Positions 36,501 to 44,638 of a stretch of 64,000 nt of DNA are shown here, piece by piece. Numbering within the stretch: position 1 is the first letter of the stretch; every line of letters starts with the position of its first letter. Source of the stretch: a virus. The DNA is taken from the IMG/VR virus record IMGVR_UViG_3300020229_000001, positions 1-64,000 of that record. The stretch is one strand, 5' to 3'. Both the position numbers and the translations under genes were made by a program. Below the pieces are notes generated by a model. It searched no databases and was not told the DNA's origin. It worked only from the letters and a program-made list of their open reading frames with translations.

Positions 36501-39500
36501 ACCGGACCTGCGCTTCTGCTGGCTGAACCGTTGCCTTGATTTCACCAGTGCCTTTTGGGTCGTACTTAGCAGAGACTGATCCCAAACCTTTTAGGATACT
36601 ACCACCGAGCGCAGGACGCTGTTCTTCTTTAGCCTCCTGTTCGGGCATAAACCGGGCCTTGTACGGGATCGGGTACTTATACTCCGTGTTTGCGTTCTCT
36701 TCGGCAGCAGTGTGCGAATCAAGGCGGAATGATTTGATGATCTGGTCAAAGCTAGACTGTTTATCGAGCTTGCGTTCGGATCGGCTAAACTTGTTCCGGT
36801 CTAGGTCTGGAATAGACTCAACGTCGGGCACATTTGGATTTGGTGCGCCGAGCATCTTTTCGTAAATGGTTCGCTTGAGCTTTGCAACATTTGGGTCTGC
36901 ATCGAGTCCCTGCCAGCCCGGGACACTTGCGTCGGGGTTCGCAAGGTTCGGAAGCAGCACCGTTCTAAACTCGTTCCAAAATTTTTGTGTGTCGCCGCCC
37001 CAAGGCTCAAACACTCCCTTGGCATATTTCTCATAAAGCCCAACCTTCCTACGAAGGTCGCTAATATCCCAAGCAGTTGTGTAAAAATTGCCAGCCTTTG
37101 AGAGGTGCAATTGCAATGGGACGATCTGCCGAATCTTTGGAGAAAACGCCTGATAGTTGCCTTTGTCATTCAACCGGGAGGCGTAATCGATATCAAGCAC
37201 CGTCCCGTCGCCCCGAGTCATTAGGTCGTCGTACTTAAACAACAGTTCCTTCATTGAGGCTGGAACAATACTTTCAGGAAGTGCAGCAATTGCCGCACGC
37301 TGCGCTGGAGTCATTTTTCCAGTGTAGTGCAGGTCTTCATCATCTTTTCCCTGCCCGCCTTTGATCGCCCGGAACCGTCCCAGCTCAGATGGATCTCCAG
37401 CGTTATCGATGGCATCACGGACCATTTGCACCCGGCGCTTAATATGCGCTACGGTTTCCTTGTTTTTGCGTTCTTTTGGCTTCCCGGTGGCCTCGTCGTA
37501 AGCAATCTGACGTTCTACTTGTACTCGCCCACCGACCGGGACTTCGAGTCCAACTAATTCAGGATGTAATTCTCCAAATCCCCGTTCCTTGTTTGGAACA
37601 TTATCCCCAGTCGTATCGTCTTGGTGATAAATCCAACTACCTTCAGATGCGTTGTTGTCAGTTAGGTTAACCGTCTGCACTACCTTACCATCTGCGTCCG
37701 TAACTACAGCCACTGGAATCGTCTCAAATTTCCCTGTGTCCTTAAAATACTTGTTAAGCAACTCTTTTGAGTTTTTTACGTCTTTTGGCGTAATGGGCGC
37801 AGCCACCGCTTCTCCCGGCTCTGCGTCAGTAAAGTCGCCGTCGTACTTCTTCATCTCCCGCTCGACGTTGCGTATCGCACGCATTACCTCAGGGCTGTAC
37901 GTTGCGCCAACAAGCCCAGAAGTCCACTGTTTGTACACCGCTGGCCCTGCAATTGCGTACAAGTGATTCAACGCAGATTTGACGTTGTTGCTACTGACAC
38001 GAGAAGCCAACCAGTTAATTCCTCGCTGCGCTGGAGACTCTGGGTCGCCAAAGAACCTTCCTGCGTGAGCTTCTGCGAGAGTTTCCTCCCGCATCAATTC
38101 AACAATCTTGTTCTTGTTAAAGTCGTTTGCCGCTTCATCCCAAACTCCAGCGGCTTCAGCGTAATCCTGAACTTGTTCTGCTGTCTTTCCTTCTAAATAT
38201 TTTTTGTAAAATTTGCCAAACAGATCATCCCGGGACATTCCGGGCTCCGCAGGAGTGATTTGTCGCACATTGCCATTTTCATCAACAGCCTCTGTGCCGA
38301 ATATTTTGTTGAACAAAGGTGCGATCCGCTTGCGGTATTCGTCCTTGCCAAACAAGCCGTGCCCAACAACTTCGTGAGCAAGGACGTTTGAGATAGCCTC
38401 CCCAGAAAGCTCTGCCTTTTTTAAAGCGTTTTCAACATTCACAAACACCGTATCTTTGGCAGGGTCCATCGTAAACCCGTCCTTGGCGGTGCCTTTCCCA
38501 ATCATAATGCCGTCAGCGGTTGGATTCTTTTCTAACGCCTGCTCAATAGTCATTGGTGCTCCAACCCCATTGAAATTAGGGTTTTCCGTAATCATCTTGT
38601 CGATAATTTGGCTAGATGTAAGCAACTCAATGTTCATGTTGCTGTTAGGAGTCAGCACCCCGTTTATGAGGTTTGACACTTTCCCTAGCGACAATTTAAT
38701 GCCATCCTCGAACGCTTGCCGGGCTTCCGGGGGCGCAACTATGTTTTCCTGATGGAGTCGATAAGCAAACTCGTAATCTGCTTTGGCCTTAGCCGCTTCA
38801 GGTGTATTTGCCCCGTTCACCATTTCGGCAAAATGCGTTTTCTGAGCCCGATCAAGGCGTTTTTCAGACTGCTTGATGACCTTGTCCCAGTTCAAATTTG
38901 TGACATTTTCTCGAGATTCTGGGCTTAACCCAAGCATAACCCTTTGAGCCTGTCGCATCTCTGCGTCTCGGTTCATTTTGTTGCGAATCGGATCATTCCC
39001 TACTAATCCTCCGAGAACCTGCCCGTGAATAAATCCATAGGTCGCAAACTCAGCCCACATTTGTGCAAACTCTTGAGCGTCCTTGTCTTCAAGTACTCCC
39101 ATTGCAACCATCATTGGCAGCATTGACACGTTGTGTTGCACAAAGACGTTTGCGTTTTTTTCAATAAAATCCAACGCTTTGCCGCCACCAGCTTTTTGCG
39201 ACCAGTTCAAAAATCGTTGCACCTCAGGAGATGCTGATTCCATTTTTTCTAACGCCTCAAAGCGGCCCAATTCAGCGCCGGATAACCTTCCAGCTTTAAG
39301 TAGCTGCTGCCCAAGGCGAGGCGCAGCCGCAATCGCCTTACCAGCAAGCTGAATTCCAAGCCCAGTTCCTGCGCCTTTTAACGCCCCGGCCAGCGGATCA
39401 TCAGACGCCAATGCACCAGCGCCAGCGCCAAGTAGAGTCGACCCGGCATATTTTACAGGTTTTGGAAGGCTTTCAAAGGCTGTTTTAGACCGATCAATGG

Positions 39501-40998
39501 TGTCTGCAATGTTGCCAAGTGGCTTTTCGAGCCACCCGGGCTGCTCTCGGGCAATTGCCTCCGCTTCACGCTGCGCTTGCAGTGCCGCGCTATCAGCGGC
39601 GTACATAACATTGCGAGCCTCACCAGTCTTTCCAGCCGCTCTCAACCCTCGACCTATTTGCTGACCTAACATGCTCAAATCTCGCACAACTGCCCCGCCC
39701 AACCCAAACACGTTTAATGGCGATGTCATGGCAATTGCGCCAACTTGTTCAGGGTCTTCCCGTAGACGATTGGCTTCTTTTATTTGAGCTTGCACCCCAG
39801 TTTCAGCGGCTGCTTCTGCTTGCAATCGACGGTTAGCCCTCGCTGCTTCAATATTGCCTCCAAATCCAAAAACAGCGTCTTCTGCTGGGGGCATCAACTT
39901 TTCAACAACATCAACCCAGTATTTTTTAACGGCAGGATCTTGCCACAGGTCATCAATTGTTCTGGCCAAAACAGCGGGATTTTTTTCCCTCTGCATGTGG
40001 TCGATATACTTTGCATTCATCCGAGTTGCAAAGTTCTTCCTAGCTTGATCCATTGCTGGAGCAGCCGCAGCTTCACGCAATGCAGCTTCTTGCTCCATAG
40101 AGATGGCAGGAGCAATTGATGGGTCTGCTAGAGTCCCTTCCGCAGTGGCTTTAGCAATGCCAACCTTAGCCTTGTCCCAAAGCATAGCTCTACCTTCAGA
40201 AAAATCCTTTGTTGCCTTTAAAAGGTCTTCTCTAGCCATCAAAAGGGCATCGCCAAACACCCGAGCGGACCGATACGTTTTGTCTCGGAGCGACAATTCA
40301 GCGTCTCGGATTTGCTGTTCGTTTAGTCCCTTTTTTTGCTCTTCAGTGAGCGTTTTGCCTTTCCCGAAATCTTCAGGGCTACCGACATACACTGCGCCTG
40401 TAAGAGCATCCTTTGCTAGCCTGCCAGCGCCAGCAGCAAGAGGAGGCAAAGACGCCAACATTCCAACCCCGGCCTTCCCTGCGTCTGCAATTAAATCAAA
40501 CGCACTTGTATCCTTGTTCCACCTGTAATCGAACAGAGACTGCAACTGCACAGGGTTTTCGGCCATGTTGTACCAAGGAACTGTCTTGTGTAGCTCCTCA
40601 AGGTCGTGCGGGTCGGTGATTCCTTTGAACACCGTTTCCGTAATCCCCTTGCGGGTGTTAGGATCAGTGATTCCAGCGTATGCATTAAACTTGCCTGTTG
40701 GGCCAACCGGGACTGGGGCAAACTGCCCAGAGCCGAGTGCTCCGCTGCCAATCAACGAAGACTGTTCTGGAGGCGCAGTGCTGCCGACCATTTCGGGACG
40801 AAACATCTCGCCGCCACCAGACAGCGTGCCACCAGAAGTCTGCATTCCGGGGGATTCCCCCTTGAATGCAGCTAGAATTTCTTCATCAGAAATGCCTTTT
40901 GCCTCTTCCTTGCTGTAAATAGGCTGACTGACAGATGGCTGTTCTCCCTTAAACGCAGCCAGAATTTCTTCGTCTGAAATCTTTGGAGTTTCAGCCAT
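30592..40998 (-). CDS. Giant polyvalent ejection protein (zincin, GNAT, kinase and HhH-like domains)
   Basis: 3468 aa after the internal virion genes; LAHEVVGH...EE zincin; FEKQGYGEALY GNAT; SGAEHQV..LHNEFFP..QPYV..DAHEGNV..VID kinase; GWY..GPKIGSF.NNL.GD...T.DLW..R..QAALW domain. Confidence 0.85.
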   Translation of the reverse strand: MAETPKISDEEILAAFKGEQPSVSQPIYSKEEAKGISDEEILAAFKGESPGMQTSGGTLSGGGEMFRPEMVGSTAPPEQSSLIGSGALGSGQFAPVPVGPTGKFNAYAGITDPNTRKGITETVFKGITDPHDLEELHKTVPWYNMAENPVQLQSLFDYRWNKDTSAFDLIADAGKAGVGMLASLPPLAAGAGRLAKDALTGAVYVGSPEDFGKGKTLTEEQKKGLNEQQIRDAELSLRDKTYRSARVFGDALLMAREDLLKATKDFSEGRAMLWDKAKVGIAKATAEGTLADPSIAPAISMEQEAALREAAAAPAMDQARKNFATRMNAKYIDHMQREKNPAVLARTIDDLWQDPAVKKYWVDVVEKLMPPAEDAVFGFGGNIEAARANRRLQAEAAAETGVQAQIKEANRLREDPEQVGAIAMTSPLNVFGLGGAVVRDLSMLGQQIGRGLRAAGKTGEARNVMYAADSAALQAQREAEAIAREQPGWLEKPLGNIADTIDRSKTAFESLPKPVKYAGSTLLGAGAGALASDDPLAGALKGAGTGLGIQLAGKAIAAAPRLGQQLLKAGRLSGAELGRFEALEKMESASPEVQRFLNWSQKAGGGKALDFIEKNANVFVQHNVSMLPMMVAMGVLEDKDAQEFAQMWAEFATYGFIHGQVLGGLVGNDPIRNKMNRDAEMRQAQRVMLGLSPESRENVTNLNWDKVIKQSEKRLDRAQKTHFAEMVNGANTPEAAKAKADYEFAYRLHQENIVAPPEARQAFEDGIKLSLGKVSNLINGVLTPNSNMNIELLTSSQIIDKMITENPNFNGVGAPMTIEQALEKNPTADGIMIGKGTAKDGFTMDPAKDTVFVNVENALKKAELSGEAISNVLAHEVVGHGLFGKDEYRKRIAPLFNKIFGTEAVDENGNVRQITPAEPGMSRDDLFGKFYKKYLEGKTAEQVQDYAEAAGVWDEAANDFNKNKIVELMREETLAEAHAGRFFGDPESPAQRGINWLASRVSSNNVKSALNHLYAIAGPAVYKQWTSGLVGATYSPEVMRAIRNVEREMKKYDGDFTDAEPGEAVAAPITPKDVKNSKELLNKYFKDTGKFETIPVAVVTDADGKVVQTVNLTDNNASEGSWIYHQDDTTGDNVPNKERGFGELHPELVGLEVPVGGRVQVERQIAYDEATGKPKERKNKETVAHIKRRVQMVRDAIDNAGDPSELGRFRAIKGGQGKDDEDLHYTGKMTPAQRAAIAALPESIVPASMKELLFKYDDLMTRGDGTVLDIDYASRLNDKGNYQAFSPKIRQIVPLQLHLSKAGNFYTTAWDISDLRRKVGLYEKYAKGVFEPWGGDTQKFWNEFRTVLLPNLANPDASVPGWQGLDADPNVAKLKRTIYEKMLGAPNPNVPDVESIPDLDRNKFSRSERKLDKQSSFDQIIKSFRLDSHTAAEENANTEYKYPIPYKARFMPEQEAKEEQRPALGGSILKGLGSVSAKYDPKGTGEIKATVQPAEAQVRFIPEKLEDEYRRVPTQEELNVMKARLPKYKSRVEEIEEDPDTHIYIYPEMSNKVAASATVTRDPYDPELLKVVLSANSSGFEKQGYGEALYREIAKYAQSIGATKLYGEPISKQATLRREKLFDTETGRPDPQGGSMWASSKIPSGIRFMPEREEDPTKVAPGFYSKAGRVLLNKMPNRASAEQIRGILDPQKGSGVKPDEMKWSGINQFIDAAQAEKGYVTKDDVKQFLKDGYVAKFETQRMREAKSFEGEFYSEAEEWGGAAKFNTIEEAEKSAMEMFGMSRPEAEEFVSETNQIDSEYGEDETQYSKYKLPGGTNYEEVVLRMPSKTEIDPIASFKKLNDGSFDVEFIDGEQGTYDTLDQARIDGRGESDVVGVGEFRSSHFPDVPNYVAHMRTQDFGTGRLIEELQSDLHQAARKRGYKNEQLRDYNRVREIEAKGQAATPEERKEWTALMNAGAMRQDGVADAPFRKDWPIQLFKHALQKAVADGKNWIGWTGGEAQADRYSLSKHVSAIDLINDGDGKYHVSAYQNTDGSNLPVSVINKPGLSAQEVADTIGKPLAEKLIADLNSQSDPVTAYAKADGLDLDIGGEGMTGFYDKILPNEIGKYVKQWGAKVETGEVEGKKEYVIQGNPNIAPTMTFTNRSHAVVALNNRGRGEGGEVVEIGENPKIWKVAITPEMRSSVEGGQARFMPDGNPKESGDFAEKEEYERILNSRQSREGEVSRAGSSQNKQGSRAPSENLGSVFERSVRGKDSESEQVRGETESRRASEAAKRAQDTRLVDAARQHGALLDHRDFLERWRASGYKSGAEHQVILGNENGKVEKRTNIPMFEENWGDYFDRIRLHNEFFPETKITVKGIHDQAKESEANVQGNFSDLVTGRVTGSDPGAYVVTEQPYVKILDPLSINQIDSYLNQRNFFRIVRGNLFEFYNPKAKTFLRDAHEGNVVSGLGPDGKEAIFVIDVPMRYANASDANDIKAFNRKLFTKMVNGSISREKYDEIKPFLTDPSASGALEGAQVRFMPDNENIPGALEGIKIEPKEEERLPALASIAPLPKTITDERGMFSVVIGAKPGEHGYTYRTASELRDQLKTVSGQKAAVETWGELQLKKQRQLELLAKADEAAKNAKKPEKTAEFEAKKAAYAEKVAALDTQIEEMRSQFPEKMQNMSPEDAAWKAQVKKLNRSFEEVSLKATPAPFTANPLGIRSMAELGDSVHDILKSDGFNGILKDFFGLDGLEIRPIAGTWQGKVEPSFDLVHPELTFDKAKQITQLLTLAFAQDAGITYKPSIDLKEGTQAAYLIHSTKLTDDQLKLAFDKAREVGVDVSTTTDGKGIKALNFGTEDFASKLSEIQKSASIDQSYETIVASELYETEKIFKGRDNQRVLPVWLQATSGGQSLLQRSIDSLLIDYAKAAAAQGYIFDPALYAKRYGLSDSDAKYIKDKLYPVDPMARSASPLLAGTEILPVRSTYTLAGKRETAVPDMIHALQNRAASDGVILPGDYSPRAMDIISSVVADEVQQHMARAALNPKSPNAIGWYDAALKRMKGMYSQLFPWLEVGSPQHDADKSLVFDAVLGIASQGNDVFENGKMATRVTLMLENGKTLPEIVTALHGTFGDKTAAIENNILKLHELLTRHTPSQLRALLFKTDTVANWNKNLKQDTSLYYNGEPLSVEGGKNQMVTGFMVFGPKIGSFINNLHGDYSTLTADLWYTRTWNRILGRSFKYDPLKEGHQFERFQDSLIEEYNRNQALKKGKEYTDRVLIKKGVEEPYLYGEDAPRWSKKEFHKLLEDSGAMLEFAEHLEKVFRTGSFKGKTELRRAAKNWVQDRTTPLGAPRASNERAFQQTTMEQAQARLAQAGIVVTIADMQAALWFNEKELFGKYGAATSGAEPADYADAAKFSLDIIQAGGLFQVDRKGETVRLLSEADEANLTGVKSPNKGLMKQLMEKEKAIKAAEKLRKEAEGEDEE

Positions 40999-41001
40999 AA
41001 A

Positions 41002-43074
41002 TTACTCTTTTGAGGAAGTATTCCATCCGCCATCAGCGTTCCATCCGTTCTCAAACTGTGATGGCGCAGGTGCAGAGAAATACGAAGCGTGAAACCCGGG
41101 CACTTTGAAGTATGTCAGGGATCCAAAAGCTTCCTTTTTGGGGTGTTTTAACTCATCAAGGTTCGGAGGGATAAAGCTGTTGTTTTTCAACGCAATGTAA
41201 TCTTTAACAATCGGGTTTAGTTTCAAAAATTGCTCACGTTTATCTTTGGGCATTTCCCCCTTTAAAGTGCCAGTTGCGTCATCAAAATACTCACCTTTCA
41301 ATTTTGCGTGCTCAATCAATGCTTGCTCTAGATCTTTCCCTCCGAGTTGCTCTTTCAAGAACTCCTTTGTCTTCAGTAGCGGATATTTTACAGGCAACTT
41401 GATAGGCGAAATGTTTGGGTTTTCGCTTTTCAAAATAGACTCAATATTTGTCAACTGAGCGTTCACCTGATCCGCAGACGTGTTGTAAGTGTTAAGCATC
41501 AAATCTTGCATTGTGCGGACATCACGTTCATCAAGCGTAGCCCCAGAGTTCCAAAATTGCACTTTTTTGGCAATGCTCTGCCATCCGCTCAAACCTGAAA
41601 ATGCGTGTTTTGTTTCTTTGAATTGGGCTTCGGTAGGAGCTTTTCCAGAAGCAAATTGAGCAAACAAATCCATCATTTCTTGATGGACTGCCCCCAATGA
41701 TGCTTCAGCATTATTTTTACGAGCAATTTTATCTTCCGCCACGGCTGTAAGCATGCGCTGCATTGCGTCTTTACGAGTGTCCATCAACTTTGATGTCGGA
41801 TGCCTTTCGTAATTATTTGCCATTGCCGTCACTTTGGCTTCTCGGGAAATATCAAGGCGCTGCTGTTTCAATCCTTGAGTTGCAGCATGTTCTTCAACGG
41901 TGCGAATTTCGGCCCTGCGTTCTTTTGTCACATCTATGTAATCAACGTGAAAATAAGGAACTTGCGTGGTCGGATCTTTGGACACCGCCATAACCTCTCC
42001 AAAAGGATATTTCCTGTTGAATGTAAGCGCCTGAAGATTTGCTAAATCTTTTCTTTCTGGATAACGAGTCAGCATGTCTCGCTGATTAACTTTTTGAATG
42101 TCTGGTACTCTAGCCAAGGCCCCTTTTGGTTTTGAGTCTTCAGGCTGAAGTGATGGCTCTCCTAACATTCCCAATGCAGGCAGATATTTAACGGCATCAG
42201 TCTGGGAATTGTCTTTTTCCCCGGCAGGAGTTCCAAGTGCAGGAAGCTCTTCTTTTTTTGATTCTTCTTTTGGTTTTGGAGGTTCAAAAGTTGGTAGTGG
42301 CAAGCTTGAAAGCCTTCCCTTTTTGATAATTTCAGCCTCTTGCTCTGCTGGCGTTAATTCAACAGGAACCGCAATAGGAGCCGCCACAGGAATAACTTTA
42401 GGCGGAGCCGCTGTGGAAGCCACAGGAACAACCTTAGGTGGAGCGGCGATAGGAGCAACTGAAAGCGACATTGCAGGCCCACCCGTTGGGGCTCCGTTTA
42501 ATGTCATTGTTGGCATGCTTGGAATAAGAGGAGAAGCAGTGGCAATGCCTTGCAGTGCTCCAACTTGGTCAGTAGAAGATGCCTGCGGGAGCGGGAGCGG
42601 GTCAAGTGTGGGGGCAATGCGTGTGTTGGTTGCTCCAGTTGATGCATCACCTTGATCGCCTTCATCACCCCCAGCCCCAATAACCGGGTCTAAAGAAAAC
42701 TGTTGCTTTCCTTTCCCAGAAGAAACAGCGTCCACCCGGGCCATCGCCTCTTTGTGCATGTCCTCGTTTCGCTTTTCTTGAGCCGCCTGTTTCTGCTCTT
42801 GTAAAGCTTGCTGTCTCTCAGCTAACGCTGTCCTTTTGGCGTCTTTCTCTGCCGCATATCTGGCGCTGATTCCAGCCCCAATGGACTTGATTGCGCTCTC
42901 GATCCCTTGAGCAATGTAAGGCTTGCCTTCAGGAACCACCCATTGAGCACCTGCACTAATTTGAATTGGATTCTGACCAAATGACAACGGACGAATACCT
43001 GCCAGCGCATTATAATTAATGTTTGGCGTGGCTAATTGAATTGGAATTCCAGCGGTGTCGTAAAACAAAGGCAT
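41002..43074 (-). CDS. Internal virion/ejection protein
   Basis: Pro/Ala-rich linker and helical C-terminus; position before the giant protein. Confidence 0.65.
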   Translation of the reverse strand: MPLFYDTAGIPIQLATPNINYNALAGIRPLSFGQNPIQISAGAQWVVPEGKPYIAQGIESAIKSIGAGISARYAAEKDAKRTALAERQQALQEQKQAAQEKRNEDMHKEAMARVDAVSSGKGKQQFSLDPVIGAGGDEGDQGDASTGATNTRIAPTLDPLPLPQASSTDQVGALQGIATASPLIPSMPTMTLNGAPTGGPAMSLSVAPIAAPPKVVPVASTAAPPKVIPVAAPIAVPVELTPAEQEAEIIKKGRLSSLPLPTFEPPKPKEESKKEELPALGTPAGEKDNSQTDAVKYLPALGMLGEPSLQPEDSKPKGALARVPDIQKVNQRDMLTRYPERKDLANLQALTFNRKYPFGEVMAVSKDPTTQVPYFHVDYIDVTKERRAEIRTVEEHAATQGLKQQRLDISREAKVTAMANNYERHPTSKLMDTRKDAMQRMLTAVAEDKIARKNNAEASLGAVHQEMMDLFAQFASGKAPTEAQFKETKHAFSGLSGWQSIAKKVQFWNSGATLDERDVRTMQDLMLNTYNTSADQVNAQLTNIESILKSENPNISPIKLPVKYPLLKTKEFLKEQLGGKDLEQALIEHAKLKGEYFDDATGTLKGEMPKDKREQFLKLNPIVKDYIALKNNSFIPPNLDELKHPKKEAFGSLTYFKVPGFHASYFSAPAPSQFENGWNADGGWNTSSKE

Positions 43075-43075
43075 A

Positions 43076-43588
43076 CTAAGAGCCCCCAAAGGAGATTTGA
43101 CCTAAATTCGGGACTTGAAATTGTTTCACCTCGGGCGGGGTTGCCGTCATTTGGTTTGCCGCCCGGGCAGCTTGTGGGCCTTGAGACACTTGAGCTGCTT
43201 GCGGTGACATTCTTGGCGATTGGGTTGTAGCAGCGGGGGAAACGGGCGCTGCTGCCGCTCCGGGTGCTTTAAGCACGCTCGCGTTGGTTATGCCCTGAGG
43301 GGCAGAATATGCCGTTGGCTGCTGCACTGCTGGTGTTACTGAAGCGGAAGTAGAAGGTGATGCAGATGGCGCTGGAAGCCCTTGTGCAGGCTCTGTCTTT
43401 ACTGGGTGAGCATCTCCATACGCTTTGGTGAAATCACCGTAGCTCTGTCCTTTTGCGGGGGGAGGAGCGTCAGAGTGAGCCGCAGCAAACTCACGATTTT
43501 TTGTAAAATCCGAGCCAAAAGTAGCATTTAAAAAGTTGGTTCCACCTATTTTTTCAATAAAGTCAGGGTTTTTAAATTTTCCGCCCAT
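43076..43588 (-). CDS. Low-complexity virion protein with FGG-X C-terminal tag
   Basis: Starts MGG; ends FQVPNLGQISFGGS. Confidence 0.65.
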   Translation of the reverse strand: MGGKFKNPDFIEKIGGTNFLNATFGSDFTKNREFAAAHSDAPPPAKGQSYGDFTKAYGDAHPVKTEPAQGLPAPSASPSTSASVTPAVQQPTAYSAPQGITNASVLKAPGAAAAPVSPAATTQSPRMSPQAAQVSQGPQAARAANQMTATPPEVKQFQVPNLGQISFGGS

Positions 43589-43590
43589 AA

Positions 43591-44148
43591 TTAAGATCCT
43601 CCAAAGGTTAAGCCCGAAATGCTCGGGAGACGAAAGTTGCTCTGCTCTTGCGCTTGTTGTGTAAGAAAAGCTCCACCGCCACCCGGCTTATTATAAACTG
43701 GAGCATTTTTTACTGCTTTTGTCATGGAAGTTGGTGCGCTAAAATTAGTTGGCGACCCATCGCTCGTAGACATTGGTCCCACAGCTTGCATTGGTCCCAC
43801 AGCTTGACTAGCTGTTGTATCTGGAGCAGTTGCCGTAACTGGTCCGCCAAGGGTAGCCTGCCCAACAATGTTTGGATGCTGAATGTCATAAAGTTTTTTT
43901 GCCTGAACGTCAGAGGCTGCTTTTGCTTGAGCATCCGCATTAGCTGCGGCCAAGCTATTTGCCTTCATTAAGTTAAGCCCTACGCCCGCAGAAACAAGTC
44001 CAATTGGCCCCATGAACGGGGCAGTGGCAACCAGTACTGGAGCAAGTTCTTTTGGAACCGCTTTAGTAAATTCTTTTGGAACAGCCTTGGCTATTTCATT
44101 GGGAATCATTTTTGCAACGGCACGAAATCCAGATGACAACCAGCTCAT
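43591..44148 (-). CDS. Low-complexity virion protein with FGG-X C-terminal tag
   Basis: Ends FRLPSISGLTFGGS. Confidence 0.65.
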   Translation of the reverse strand: MSWLSSGFRAVAKMIPNEIAKAVPKEFTKAVPKELAPVLVATAPFMGPIGLVSAGVGLNLMKANSLAAANADAQAKAASDVQAKKLYDIQHPNIVGQATLGGPVTATAPDTTASQAVGPMQAVGPMSTSDGSPTNFSAPTSMTKAVKNAPVYNKPGGGGAFLTQQAQEQSNFRLPSISGLTFGGS

Positions 44149-44149
44149 A

Positions 44150-44632
44150 TTATATTCCTCCAAAAGTTACTCCAGTCGTGCGGGGCATCTGGAATTGTGA
44201 TTGCTTAGAATTGGGCATAGCTGGGTTTACTGGGCTCAAGTTGCTTCCAGCAAGATTGGCCGCAGTCCGGGGTAGATAGTATGCCGCTGCGCTTAAATTA
44301 GATAGCTTGGCTTGATTTAAGGCATTAACGTCAATTGCGCCACCAGTAATGGCGGACCCAGCCATTCCCGCCTGAGCTGCCGCCGCCTGTGAGGCAGTAG
44401 AATCTTTTGCCTTCTGATAAGCCTGCGCTCGAAGGAGGCTTTGTTGCGCCTGAGAATTACTCTGGTTCATGCCTAGCTGCGCTGCGTTATTTTGAGCGTC
44501 AATCATGGCTCTGCGCTGGGCTTCCGCTGCATCCTGCGCTGCTGCCCCCTGTTGTTGGCGCATCAATTCAATCTGCGCGATCATCGGAGTGTAATCAGGA
44601 GGTGGTGGTGCTGAGTAATGTGATCCGCCCAT
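44150..44632 (-). CDS. Low-complexity virion protein with FGG-X C-terminal tag
   Basis: MGGS..APPPPDY start typical of ejection proteins; ends FQMPRTTGVTFGGI. Confidence 0.7.
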   Translation of the reverse strand: MGGSHYSAPPPPDYTPMIAQIELMRQQQGAAAQDAAEAQRRAMIDAQNNAAQLGMNQSNSQAQQSLLRAQAYQKAKDSTASQAAAAQAGMAGSAITGGAIDVNALNQAKLSNLSAAAYYLPRTAANLAGSNLSPVNPAMPNSKQSQFQMPRTTGVTFGGI

Positions 44633-44638
44633 AATTTG

